Shown here: positions 1 through 9,245 of the stretch, one piece after another | How the letters are laid out: each line of letters begins with the position of its first letter | How positions within the stretch are numbered: position 1 is the first letter of the stretch | IMG/VR virus record: IMGVR_UViG_3300033149_000867 | Span: 1-57,878 of that record | From: a virus | Lineage: Duplodnaviria; Caudoviricetes | Reading direction: 5' to 3' (one strand) | DNA length: 57,878 bases | Made by a program: the position numbers and the translations under genes | Notes under the pieces: generated by a model | Seen by the model: only the letters and a program-made list of their open reading frames with translations | Database searches by the model: none | What the model was told of the DNA's origin: nothing

Positions 1-41
1 TTGTCTGGTAATTATATTTTTGTAATTCAGACCAATACTTT
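1..41. repeat. 41-bp direct terminal repeat (left copy); circular or terminally redundant genome
   Basis: 1-41 equals 57838-57878 except G at 8 vs T at 57845; the polB reading frame continues across the join. Confidence 0.95.
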
Positions 42-3000
42 CGATTATTGTTTCGAACTTTTCGTCAATTGTTTTTTCAATCATTGTGTCCCAATCAATT
101 TCAAACCCATGTGGCAACTCATAGACATCATGATTTATACAAATTGCCCTATAAGGTCTCTTCAAATAAATTAGCAAAGGTTTTTCACAGCTCAAATCAA
201 ATTCAATACCAAGATGTTTTTTTGCCACCTTCACACCTTCCGTCCATACATTTCGATAACTGTCCGATAGAATTGCACGTGGTATCCCAATTTTTGGCAA
301 TGGTTGTTTCTTTATATTTTCTCTCACATCTCTTATAAATGTTGGCAAGGAATTGATTGACCCAGTAAGTATTTCAACAAACAATTTTTGCAACATCTCT
401 CTTGTGTATTCAGAGGCATCACTCCTCTTTGCCTCAAAACCCTTAACATATATTGAACCATCTTCCAATATCCCAGCATATCTCTTTTTGGCTGGTGTTC
501 CATCCTTTTTCCTCTTAAATAATATTGAAATAAACATTTTTTCAAATTTCACTTGTGGTGCAAAACCAAGTTTTTCTTTCAATTTTTTATTAATCAATCG
601 TTCCAATTTACGACATTCATCATAATTTTTCACACCTTTGACAAAAATACTATCTGTATTATGAACCAATATTCCGTTTGCGAAAAATCTGTGTGTTTCA
701 TCAACCTCAATATCATATACATAGTCGTTATATTCAATTTCCTCTATTTTCGTTGGTCTTATAATTATGTAGTCGTAGTCATAGAAATTACTTATTCTTT
801 TACCTTTAAGATGTCCAATCAATTTTTCATTTTGTCTCTTTTGAATGAACCCAATATTTTTCGCAAATTTCATTGTTTCCCTTACGGTGAGTTGATATGA
901 GTATGTTCCAGAGAATTTGCCATTAAACGAATTTTCAGTTGTTTCTTTCCAATAATTTGATGAAATACCAACAAAAGAGAGTAATTTGTGTGTTTTAATT
1001 ATGATGTCCTCATTTATGGATGTCAAACGTATCATCGGTCTATTTTTGTTTATGAGAACCGTTCCATCAGCACTAAACAAACCACGTAAGAATGATTTAA
1101 TGTTTTCTTCCGTTTCATATAACATGAAATCTGGGAATTTCTTTTTGAAATTTTCCATTACATCTTCTAACAAAATATCAACTAATTTACCACCCCAAAT
1201 CCTTATATCGCCATTTCTTGACTTCGATATATAATAACCAGTTATCCAATTACCACTTTTCAATTTTTCCAATAATTTGATGATTTCATCAACATCTTTC
1301 CCAGCACTTATATTGTAATGATATGGTCTCCCTCTCTGTCTTCTTTTTTCAGACCATGAATAAGAGCCATCACCAATAAATAGTCCCAAAAACTCATAAA
1401 CTTCCTTTGGATAATTTCTGCTGATAATTTTGTCTCTTGGTATTTTCTTCATATAAATCAAACTCTTTATTTTCTTTCCCAATTCAGTTGGTTTCACCTC
1501 AACCAATCTTTCATTATCTTTTAAATTTGGTGCAACACTCTTATTCAAATAACCAATTAAACTGTGGTCTTCCGTAATGTCAATATGCCTAACATTGCTT
1601 ATATGAACCCTATACATCTTTTTACCCTTTGGCTTATGTCTCATTATATATTTGATTTCTTTAAATGTTGAATTTCCATTTTTGTCAATCGTCAAAACAT
1701 CCAACCCACTAATTCTACAATACTGTTTTTCATCAATCGCATAATCAACTTTCTTAAACAAATCTTCAATATTCATTTCATAAATTTCCTTTGTCTTTCT
1801 ATTTTTCACAATTATTTTAGTTCCCTTTGCGACACTATCACCATAAACAACTTTGTAATTGGGATTTTCTTCTTCGACTATTTCTTTCATTGTGTTGATA
1901 ATCGACCTACCATATTCTGTTATTTTGGATGCAATGTCTTTTTTATACAATTTGAATTTTCTTGAACCAACGACACCATAAAACGAATTTGTCAAATATT
2001 TTATGACATTTCGTTTTAATTCATCTGTTTGTTTTGCTCTTTCATTTATCAATTTCTTTATTTCACGGAGAAAGACGCCCTCACGGTCAAGAGAGATGTT
2101 GTAGCCAACGATTATTGATGGATACATTGACTTTGCGTCGAATACTGCGACATTGTTGTGGATGCCAATTTCTGGCTCAAAGACAAATGCACCACGATAC
2201 CCCTTATCACTCACATGCTCGGCTTTGACCCGTCTTGGCATTGGTTTAATTCCACCGTATCTCAAAATATTTTCGACTACAACCGAAAAATAAACCACTT
2301 CCGTAATCTTTACACCACTTTTCAATCTCAAATACTCAAAGAAGTCAAACAAATCAAATTTTTCATCAATTAATTTCAGAGCTATTACATCATTCTTACA
2401 ATATTCAAAAAGTGTTTTGTAATTTTTTTGTTCCACCAATTCACCTATGAAAGCACCATAATCTTCATATTCAAAACCGACTACCGACTTTGCAACATAT
2501 TTTAATGAATAACTTGACAATTCGCCTCTACTCTCATACAATTTTCTGAACAATTCCATCATATCTGGTTTTTCGACACCATCAAGGAACTCATTACTTC
2601 CTCTAAATCTCGAAATTGTATTTTGGATTTGTTTGTAAATGCCAAGTTTTTTGGAACGATTTTCAAGATATGGAATATCGAACTTATTTGAATTCCAACC
2701 CGTAATGTAATCAAAAGTATTTGATACATATTTGCAAAAACTCAAAATCATTTCCTCTTCTGTTCTGAAACTCTTTATTTTCACTTTTTCGTCTTCCAAT
2801 TCGTCAAATTTGCCATGCAATGTCGTGAATATGATTATATTGTTGGTATAGTTATCGAGGATTTGTATTGTTATTATTGGGTTATTTGGGCGAGTAGCCG
2901 TTGGCAAACCCTCTGACAAAATTTCAATGTCGAAATATCCTATTCTTGGTTTATATGTTTCATCATATTCGTTAATTGGTTTTAAATCGCCATCATCTTT

Positions 3001-3327
3001 ATTATATTCAAACCAATACTTTATCTTCTTATCATATAGAAATCGTCTATCAAATGGTATATCACTATCAAATGTCATTTTGTATTTTTCTCTTTGTTCG
3101 GAAACTTCACCAGTTGTCTCAACAACAACCTTTGATATTTTATCGCCAAAACAACTCAAATATTCGCCATTCTCCTCATCTAAATAATAAAAATAGGGCT
3201 TGAAGCCCTTAATTATAAATATTTTTCCTTCATTTGTCTCGTGATTTCTTGCAAATATTTCAATTTTGTTTCCATCCAAACTCCTTGTGTCAATAACACA
3301 GTATAAATTATTCAGATTGACTGTCAT
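1..3327 (-). CDS. polB: Family B DNA polymerase with intein; continues across the join to TGA at 57814-57816 (about 1116 aa precursor, about 723 aa mature)
   Basis: Manual translation (absent from ORF track): start MTVNLNNLY after GGTGA SD; ExoI YFDIE, ExoII TGWNSNKFDIPY, ExoIII YCKND, motif A FDAKSMYPSII, motif B KYLTNSFYG, motif C YGD|intein|TDS, KKRY; C-terminal PIP box QKTLGDF. Confidence 0.96.
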   Translation of the reverse strand, partial: MTVNLNNLYCVIDTRSLDGNKIEIFARNHETNEGKIFIIKGFKPYFYYLDEENGEYLSCFGDKISKVVVETTGEVSEQREKYKMTFDSDIPFDRRFLYDKKIKYWFEYNKDDGDLKPINEYDETYKPRIGYFDIEILSEGLPTATRPNNPIITIQILDNYTNNIIIFTTLHGKFDELEDEKVKIKSFRTEEEMILSFCKYVSNTFDYITGWNSNKFDIPYLENRSKKLGIYKQIQNTISRFRGSNEFLDGVEKPDMMELFRKLYESRGELSSYSLKYVAKSVVGFEYEDYGAFIGELVEQKNYKTLFEYCKNDVIALKLIDEKFDLFDFFEYLRLKSGVKITEVVYFSVVVENILRYGGIKPMPRRVKAEHVSDKGYRGAFVFEPEIGIHNNVAVFDAKSMYPSIIVGYNISLDREGVFLREIKKLINERAKQTDELKRNVIKYLTNSFYGVVGSRKFKLYKKDIASKITEYGRSIINTMKEIVEEENPNYKVVYGDSVAKGTKIIVKNRKTKEIYEMNIEDLFKKVDYAIDEKQYCRISGLDVLTIDKNGNSTFKEIKYIMRHKPKGKKMYRVHISNVRHIDITEDHSLIGYLNKSVAPNLKDNERLVEVKPTELGKKIKSLIYMKKIPRDKIISRNYPKEVYEFLGLFIGDGSYSWSEKRRQRGRPYHYNISAGKDVDEIIKLLEKLKSGNWITGYYISKSRNGDIRIWGGKLVDILLEDVMENFKKKFPDFMLYETEENIKSFLRGLFSADGTVLINKNRPMIRLTSINEDIIIKTHKLLSFVGISSNYWKETTENSFNGKFSGTYSYQLTVRETMKFAKNIGFIQKRQNEKLIGHLKGKRISNFYDYDYIIIRPTKIEEIEYNDYVYDIEVDETHRFFANGILVHNTDSIFVKGVKNYDECRKLERLINKKLKEKLGFAPQVKFEKMFISILFKRKKDGTPAKKRYAGILEDGSIYVKGFEAKRSDASEYTREMLQKLFVEILTGSINSLPTFIRDVRENIKKQPLPKIGIPRAILSDSYRNVWTEGVKVAKKHLGIEFDLSCEKPLLIYLKRPYRAICINHDVYELPHGFEIDWDTMIEKTIDEKFETIIESIGLNYKNIITRQ
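658..1836 (-). mobile_element. Pol-c-site intein (393 aa) with LAGLIDADG homing endonuclease
   Basis: Inserted in YGD/TDS; begins SVAKGTKIIV, block B DITEDHSLI, LAGLIDADG motifs FLGLFIGDGS and FLRGLFSADG, ends YDIEVDETHRFFANGILVHN followed by Thr. Confidence 0.95.
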
Positions 3328-3640
3328 CCTTGTCATCACCGCCAACATCAATCAGTTCCTTTATCTTACAATAGCCAACACATTCACCATCATATTCCTG
3401 GAAAATCACCCTGAACCCATCGCCCAAAATGACTTCATCCTCTCTGACAATTTCGTTTCCATCGCCACAACGAACTACTGCCCTATCATCGTATATGTAA
3501 ATCCTCGAATTATTCACCCTGCCAAATTGCTCACTCATCTCCTTTGCAACTTCGACAAATTCACTCTTATTCGTTATCTTTGCCTTCTTTCTCCTTCCCA
3601 TAATTATTTCACCTCCTTTGTATTTATTGTGTATCACCAA
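3308..3640 (-). CDS. Hypothetical protein, paralog of 6197..6571
   Basis: Shares DR.V.RCG.GN and YDGEC..(Y/F)CK with 6197..6571; true start probably the internal Met after GGAGGTGA. Confidence 0.75.
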   Translation of the reverse strand: MVIHNKYKGGEIIMGRRKKAKITNKSEFVEVAKEMSEQFGRVNNSRIYIYDDRAVVRCGDGNEIVREDEVILGDGFRVIFQEYDGECVGYCKIKELIDVGGDDKDDSQSE

Positions 3641-4214
3641 TTAATTTAATATGTTTCATCATTTCCAAACAAATTCGTAAAACATCATCATTTCTTGGAT
3701 AATACCTCGTATTTGATATATGTCTCTTTATATTATTTAAATAACCTATACTTTCTTCATCATATAAAATAAATTTATTAATAATATTCATTATTCTATA
3801 TAAGTTGATGAAAAATTCTTCGATTATGTCGAAAAATATATTGACAATTTTTTGATGAAATTCGTCTTGTGTCTTCACGTCATTACAATAGTCTTCCCAA
3901 TAAAAATCTTTTGTGATTATAATTTTACTATCATCACCTAACAAATTATATCTTTTAATTTCAAATGACAAATATACGCTGTGTCCATATTCAAAATCTT
4001 TGGAAGAGAGTGGTGGTTGATTGTATGATATGCCCAATAGAAATGGAACGGGGTTGTCCAACCACACATCATCCGTTATTTTGCCCACCAATTCACCATG
4101 AATGTCTGTTCTTATGTCGTTATTTATGTAGTCAAATGAAGAATAATTTTTAATAATTCCATAGACCATGTGTTTCAGATTGTCCAAAGTCATTTTCTCA
4201 TACAACTTTACCAC
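3624..4214 (-). CDS. Hypothetical protein
   Basis: 196-aa ORF, SD GAGGTG, overlaps neighbours in operon fashion. Confidence 0.75.
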   Translation of the reverse strand: MVKLYEKMTLDNLKHMVYGIIKNYSSFDYINNDIRTDIHGELVGKITDDVWLDNPVPFLLGISYNQPPLSSKDFEYGHSVYLSFEIKRYNLLGDDSKIIITKDFYWEDYCNDVKTQDEFHQKIVNIFFDIIEEFFINLYRIMNIINKFILYDEESIGYLNNIKRHISNTRYYPRNDDVLRICLEMMKHIKLIGDTQ

Positions 4215-4588
4215 CTCTCTGTATAAACTCTTTTTATTATTGGAACAAAATTCTTTTCATTCATGTAATCTAAAATTTTACAATATTTTGGGCAATCGAC
4301 ATCGACATCATGGAAAGCAGTCATACTAATCTTCCAACCATCTACCGCCCAAACGTAATCCCAAACTTCAATAAATCCTCTTGTAAATTTATTTGTTGTT
4401 CTACACCATACACAAATTCTTTTTTCATCATCATGAACTTTAAACCCACTTTGTTTGTAATTTTTGTAAAAAATACTATTTTTATTCATTTCTTTCACTT
4501 TCTTATAATTTTTAATTTTAAGTCTGTATAAAAACAATATGATATCTTCAATTACATCGCTCTTATTCACGCTCATTGCACCTCTCAC
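4208..4588 (-). CDS. Hypothetical protein
   Basis: ORF track; coupled to neighbours. Confidence 0.7.
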   Translation of the reverse strand: MRGAMSVNKSDVIEDIILFLYRLKIKNYKKVKEMNKNSIFYKNYKQSGFKVHDDEKRICVWCRTTNKFTRGFIEVWDYVWAVDGWKISMTAFHDVDVDCPKYCKILDYMNEKNFVPIIKRVYTERW

Positions 4589-4826
4589 AAATTTCGATAT
4601 TTTTCAACTCCCTCGCAAAATGATAGAAAACCAATAGACAACCACATTTCATCTTTATTATTGTTTTTGTCATCCCAACATTTTTACTTTCAATTTTGTC
4701 ATCTGGTATATAAATACAAAATTCAACATCTGCTTTATCTGAAAATGGAACGACAATTGTCCCTTCATTTGCCCTAATTGTTTTTGCCAACCTATCATTA
4801 TAACCCAAGACCGTATATTCAACCAT
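4563..4826 (-). CDS. Hypothetical protein, possible Zn-binding (CGC...CERC)
   Basis: ORF track; SD GGTGA. Confidence 0.7.
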   Translation of the reverse strand: MVEYTVLGYNDRLAKTIRANEGTIVVPFSDKADVEFCIYIPDDKIESKNVGMTKTIIKMKCGCLLVFYHFARELKNIEICERCNERE

Positions 4827-5075
4827 TCACCTGACACCTCCATCATATTCCTTTGCATCATCATCTATTGTTTTAATTTCAATATTTTCGATGTTATATT
4901 TTTCTGTTAATTTCTTCAAAAACATAATTATTTCATTACCCCTCAATGTAGTTGTTTCATAAATTACATCTTGCGTAATATTGTCTGTGAAAATACATCT
5001 TTTCTTGACATTATCAAATAACACATTTATAATATTAGAATTTTCACCACCCTTCACGTTAATTACACACCACAT
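4827..5075 (-). CDS. Hypothetical protein
   Basis: ORF track; SD GGAGG. Confidence 0.7.
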   Translation of the reverse strand: MWCVINVKGGENSNIINVLFDNVKKRCIFTDNITQDVIYETTTLRGNEIIMFLKKLTEKYNIENIEIKTIDDDAKEYDGGVR

Positions 5076-5077
5076 AA

Positions 5078-5368
5078 TTACCCCTCCAATTCATCAATTT
5101 CAAATTCCAAATCACCAATTTTTTCTTTTAAGTCATCAATATCGCTTTCCAACAACTCGATTTCTTCCTTAATTTCAATAATACTCTTACTCATACCCTC
5201 AATTTCACGATAAAGCATTATAATCAAATCACCAATCAAATTAAATAAATTTTTCAATAACGCCCTGTCGTAATCTGACCACTCAAAATTACCTCTCCAT
5301 CTCCTTTCGAAACTTTCCCTGTATTCGTCGAATTTTCTCATCAATTCGTGTATTGGAGGTTCATTCAT
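5078..5368 (-). CDS. Coiled-coil protein
   Basis: Heptad-rich acidic C-terminus IEELESDIDDLKEKIGDLE-like; SD GAGGTGA. Confidence 0.75.
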   Translation of the reverse strand: MNEPPIHELMRKFDEYRESFERRWRGNFEWSDYDRALLKNLFNLIGDLIIMLYREIEGMSKSIIEIKEEIELLESDIDDLKEKIGDLEFEIDELEG

Positions 5369-5379
5369 TATTTATCACC

Positions 5380-5817
5380 TCACTTCAAAATACAATAAGT
5401 TTGTTCCACATATTCTTGAATTTTCATCTTTAAATCCATAATATCTTTTTCCCAATCTTCGGGCATTGGTAATTGCAAATTGTATTTTACACCAACACCC
5501 CCAAATACCAATGAAAAATCAACCCTTATATACTCACTAAATCGACCATCCATAAATTTCTTCGTTATCTTCAATTCATACTGATATATTGGTTCTGTTA
5601 ATACCACATCACTTATTGGTGATGCTCTACCAACCAATACTCCATACATTTTAATTTCATAATTCGACCTAAATGTTTTGTGTTCTTCATAATAATCAGA
5701 AAACTATTTCCACCAAAGGACAATTTCATCCATTAATTCACCAATTGTCTTATTTGTCCTTGCAAAATACAACATTTTTTCGTCATCTTTCAACCTACTG
5801 ATAACTTCTTCGCTCAT
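5380..5817 (-). CDS. Hypothetical protein with in-frame TAG at 5704-5706 (extends ORF 5380..5649)
   Basis: GGAGGTG SD then ATG at 5817; MSEEVISRL...LWWK*FSDYYEEH...MYGVLV is one frame. Confidence 0.7.
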
Positions 5818-5831
5818 CACACAACACCTCC

Positions 5832-6200
5832 TTAAACTCTTTCTATTGGCATAATTGGTAGTAATTCATCAAGTCTCTATTTCGTCCCCTCCAATAATCT
5901 TATAACACCATCATGTATTAGCAAATCATTTGTGTTTGAATAATAATACATCATAAATATTATTCTGTCCAAAATTAACCCAATCAAACTCAAAACATAT
6001 AAGTCATCATCTGACATTTTTTCAGACCAATATTTGCTCATCTACTTATTTCTAAATGTATATGAAATACGTTTCAATCTGACCACATCATTCATAATAT
6101 CTTCTTCATCAAGAAGTTTTGACAATTTACCCTCATTAACGTCTTTTTTAGACAAAATTTTTTCGAGTTTGTTAAGTAAATCTCTTATATTATTACTCAC
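5832..6200 (-). CDS. Hypothetical protein with two in-frame TAGs (6042-6044, 5877-5879)
   Basis: GGAGGTG SD, GTG start in a GTGA overlap with the upstream stop, ends TAA directly before the next SD; fills an otherwise empty gap. Confidence 0.7.
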
Positions 6201-6571
6201 CCACGACACCTCCTTTCATTTTCTCTTCCATTATCGATTACCTCCTCAACAAACTTACAAAATTCGAAACACTCTCCATCATATTTGTGAATTTCAAAAT
6301 CAATTTTAACTTCATCATCTTCATCGTAATTAACATCGTCAATTATTACTTTTTCGAATTTCTTTTCCCACAACAATTTGTTTCCTTCACCACATCTAAT
6401 GACAAGTCTATCTGGGTAAAAACGAACATAAGAATGAATTGGAAATTTATCTGTTTTAATCTTTGGGTAAATTTTTGAAATTAACATGTCCATTGCCTTA
6501 ATTAACAACTCCGATAATTTTTTACTCATCTTTATCACCAGAAGATTTCTCATAAAATTCTGAAATGACAT
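6197..6571 (-). CDS. Hypothetical protein, paralog of 3308..3640
   Basis: DRLVIRCGEGN and YDGECFEFCK; true start probably MSKKLSE. Confidence 0.75.
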   Translation of the reverse strand: MSFQNFMRNLLVIKMSKKLSELLIKAMDMLISKIYPKIKTDKFPIHSYVRFYPDRLVIRCGEGNKLLWEKKFEKVIIDDVNYDEDDEVKIDFEIHKYDGECFEFCKFVEEVIDNGRENERRCRG

Positions 6572-6746
6572 TTTCTGTCATAGCAATTAATTTTTCAATC
6601 TTGTTCTTTTCATTGAAATCCAACGAATTATCCTTAATCAAATGTTTGTATTTTATGTAATCTTTCAAAATCTCAATTCTTTCTTCCAATCGTTCAATTA
6701 ATTTCATATCAATTGCCATTTCAAACGACATACCAATACTACTCAT
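6522..6746 (-). CDS. Hypothetical protein
   Basis: ATGA overlap with the upstream ATPase gene. Confidence 0.7.
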   Translation of the reverse strand: MSSIGMSFEMAIDMKLIERLEERIEILKDYIKYKHLIKDNSLDFNEKNKIEKLIAMTENVISEFYEKSSGDKDE

Positions 6747-7543
6747 TTCTTCTTTGCACCACCTTCAAATTTTTCTTTCAATTTCTTAAATACATCGTTG
6801 AATGACCCATTGACAATTTCAAATTGCAAATCACCTATATAACGACATTTTTCAAGTCTTACCAATCTCTTTGTTCTATCGACCTTTTCAGCCCTCAATA
6901 CGACATCCACCCAATGCTCTGTGTCCTTTTGCCATCTACCAGTATAAATTCCGAGAGGCTCACCACTTGGACTGTATTTCTCTTGAACTCTTGCCGTCAA
7001 AACCAAATTCCAATCTGTTGATAATATTCTGTATAAATCTTTGAAATATCGACGATTTGCCTTGCCCCATTCTGTTCTCATTATTTGCCCAGACTTCGTA
7101 AATCTTTCAGCACCAATTTCTTCCAACCAAATACCAAGCCATGACCAAACATCCGTAATACTGTCAATCACAATTGTCCCTTTCTTTCCAGTCTCATTTG
7201 TATATTCAATTGCTCTACCAACTATTTCTCTCGTTGCTTCTTCAATTAATTCAACTGACTTAATAAAATCAATTTCATTTTCATGTAAAACTCTGACATC
7301 ACAAATGTAAATTTCTTTATCTTTGAATTTATATGCAACCTTATTTGCATTTCCTTCGGTATCAATCAAATAAATTGGTTCTGGGGCTGTCAAGGAGAAA
7401 TGTGTTTTCCCCGTGTCTGACAGCCCAAAAATACCAACTGACAATGTCTCAAATTTAAATTCTTTTGGTGATTTAAATTCAACTTTAATATTTGATGAAT
7501 TTTCTTTGTCAATTTTTTCACCCTTAAATTTTTTCCAAGTCAT
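6743..7543 (-). CDS. RecA-fold P-loop ATPase (AAA_24/Sak4-like recombination protein)
   Basis: Walker A GLSDTGKT, IDTEG, Walker B IVIDSIT, LVLTAR, KCR; next to an OB-fold SSB. Confidence 0.75.
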   Translation of the reverse strand: MTWKKFKGEKIDKENSSNIKVEFKSPKEFKFETLSVGIFGLSDTGKTHFSLTAPEPIYLIDTEGNANKVAYKFKDKEIYICDVRVLHENEIDFIKSVELIEEATREIVGRAIEYTNETGKKGTIVIDSITDVWSWLGIWLEEIGAERFTKSGQIMRTEWGKANRRYFKDLYRILSTDWNLVLTARVQEKYSPSGEPLGIYTGRWQKDTEHWVDVVLRAEKVDRTKRLVRLEKCRYIGDLQFEIVNGSFNDVFKKLKEKFEGGAKKK

Positions 7544-8808
7544 TCAATATTCACCTCAATAACATCTTTATCGTTGTAAATTTCACTATACATATCACCA
7601 ATTTCTTCAACAATTATGTTCCAAGCCGTTATCGAATATGCAATGTTGCCCTCTTCATCTTCTCTCTTATTAATACGACCAATTACCCAAACCTTATCAC
7701 CACCAGCCAAATCCTCTGGTTCATTGCTAAATACATCTATGTAATTCATTCCACTATCATCTTCATCTTCATCAACATCAAAATCAAACAATCTCAAATA
7801 CGTTCCACCATATTGGGTGTCTCTCACCATTCCAACATAACCTCTCGTAATTATCCAACTACCAAATTTGCTACCTTCACCCTCGAAATATTTGTCCATA
7901 AATTCTTTGTCATTCAACTCCTTAATTGTCAAAAATCTATCTCCAACCCATGTATAATGTTCATTCTCACCATATTTGTCCATTATATAATTCAACAGTT
8001 GATTAATACGTCTTGCAATCTCTACATCTTCAAGCAACTCAATTGGTTCAATCTGACTTACATAATACACATTATCTCCATAACGCCTTCCTCTTATTTC
8101 ACAGTAATAATTTGGCAAAACGTCAAACTTACCTCTTATTTCATATAAATCAACAACCCCACCTTCCATTTCCACCAAATACACACCAATTCTCTGTATT
8201 CTTGGTAAAATTGGTTTCAAATAAAATGGGTTCTTTCGTCCATTCGCAAATTCTTCTCTGTTGTTAATTGGCAAAATATATGAAATTAGATTGCCGTTGT
8301 CATCATATTTCTTATCAAGAATGTAATGTTCTGGGACATTGTTGTCAATTACAAATTGTTCATCAAATTCACCAACATAATCTTCCGCAATAGCCCTCTC
8401 TTTGTCTTCATTGTAAATTGTCTTAATGTATGTGAGAATACCCATGTTCAAATCGTATTCTCTTGATGTCGCCAAAAGGACACCACTAATGTTAGAAGAA
8501 CCCCTCACCTGTCTTCCAACCGTTCTCCTTTTCAGCAATATCATGTTTATTATACTCATAAACCTCTTGTAAATTTCGTCATAATACTGTTCAATTAACT
8601 TATTATAATCATCTTCACTTTCAGCCAACGTATTTATTCCAATTGTCTCTTCTATCTTGTCCAATGTCTCAATTGTAAATTTGTTTGCTTTTTCATCGTC
8701 AAATCCAAGAAGCTCCTTTGTCTTCTTTTCCAATACCTTCATCAAATTCTTTTTTGTCTTCTTACTCTTACTCTTCACCAAACTCAACACCTCCCAGATA
8801 ATTTCCAT
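7540..8808 (-). CDS. Probable OB-fold single-stranded DNA-binding (RPA-like) protein
   Basis: C-terminal OB-like pattern IITRGYV...YLRLFD...IDVF...GDKVWVIGRI...ITAWNI, acidic tail; adjacent to recombinase-like ATPase. Confidence 0.55.
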   Translation of the reverse strand: MEIIWEVLSLVKSKSKKTKKNLMKVLEKKTKELLGFDDEKANKFTIETLDKIEETIGINTLAESEDDYNKLIEQYYDEIYKRFMSIINMILLKRRTVGRQVRGSSNISGVLLATSREYDLNMGILTYIKTIYNEDKERAIAEDYVGEFDEQFVIDNNVPEHYILDKKYDDNGNLISYILPINNREEFANGRKNPFYLKPILPRIQRIGVYLVEMEGGVVDLYEIRGKFDVLPNYYCEIRGRRYGDNVYYVSQIEPIELLEDVEIARRINQLLNYIMDKYGENEHYTWVGDRFLTIKELNDKEFMDKYFEGEGSKFGSWIITRGYVGMVRDTQYGGTYLRLFDFDVDEDEDDSGMNYIDVFSNEPEDLAGGDKVWVIGRINKREDEEGNIAYSITAWNIIVEEIGDMYSEIYNDKDVIEVNIE

Positions 8809-9160
8809 ACTTCTTATTCAAAATTGACAACACAGCATTTTTATCATAATTCAATTTGATGTCATCACGAGCAAATTCACTCATACCATATTTCACCAAA
8901 TACACACATTTGTTTTTCATGAAAATTTCTATGTATGATGCTATTGAATTGTAAAACATCCAATTTCTAAATGCAACATAAAATTTCTTCATTGTCTCAA
9001 ATCTGTCGCCAAATATCACTCTCATTTTGTCCTCTGGTATTTTTAAAATCGAAATATCATCATTTTTTGCAAAATCATAGATAATTTGTGCAAATTTATA
9101 ACATGCCTTTTCTTTAAATATATCCCTTACGTCGAGTGTTTTCAACTTTGACACCTCCAT
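8768..9160 (-). CDS. Hypothetical protein, first gene after a TATA promoter at about 9180-9195
   Basis: ORF track; AAAAGTATATATA upstream on the minus strand. Confidence 0.7.
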   Translation of the reverse strand: MEVSKLKTLDVRDIFKEKACYKFAQIIYDFAKNDDISILKIPEDKMRVIFGDRFETMKKFYVAFRNWMFYNSIASYIEIFMKNKCVYLVKYGMSEFARDDIKLNYDKNAVLSILNKKYGNYLGGVEFGEE

Positions 9161-9245
9161 ATAACCATTCGTTCTAACAGTATATATACTTTTTGAAAAT
9201 CAATATGCGTCAATATATAAAAATAATAAAATAAATTAAAATAAA

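Noticed and set aside
1-41. Terminal repeat as attL/attR of a provirus
   Set aside because: It lies inside polB, no integrase was recognised and no host flanks are present; assembly overlap of a circular sequence is simpler
48-3203. Short ORFs listed by the track in 48-3203
   Set aside because: They are antisense or out-of-frame shadows of polB, which the track missed because it runs off the window edge
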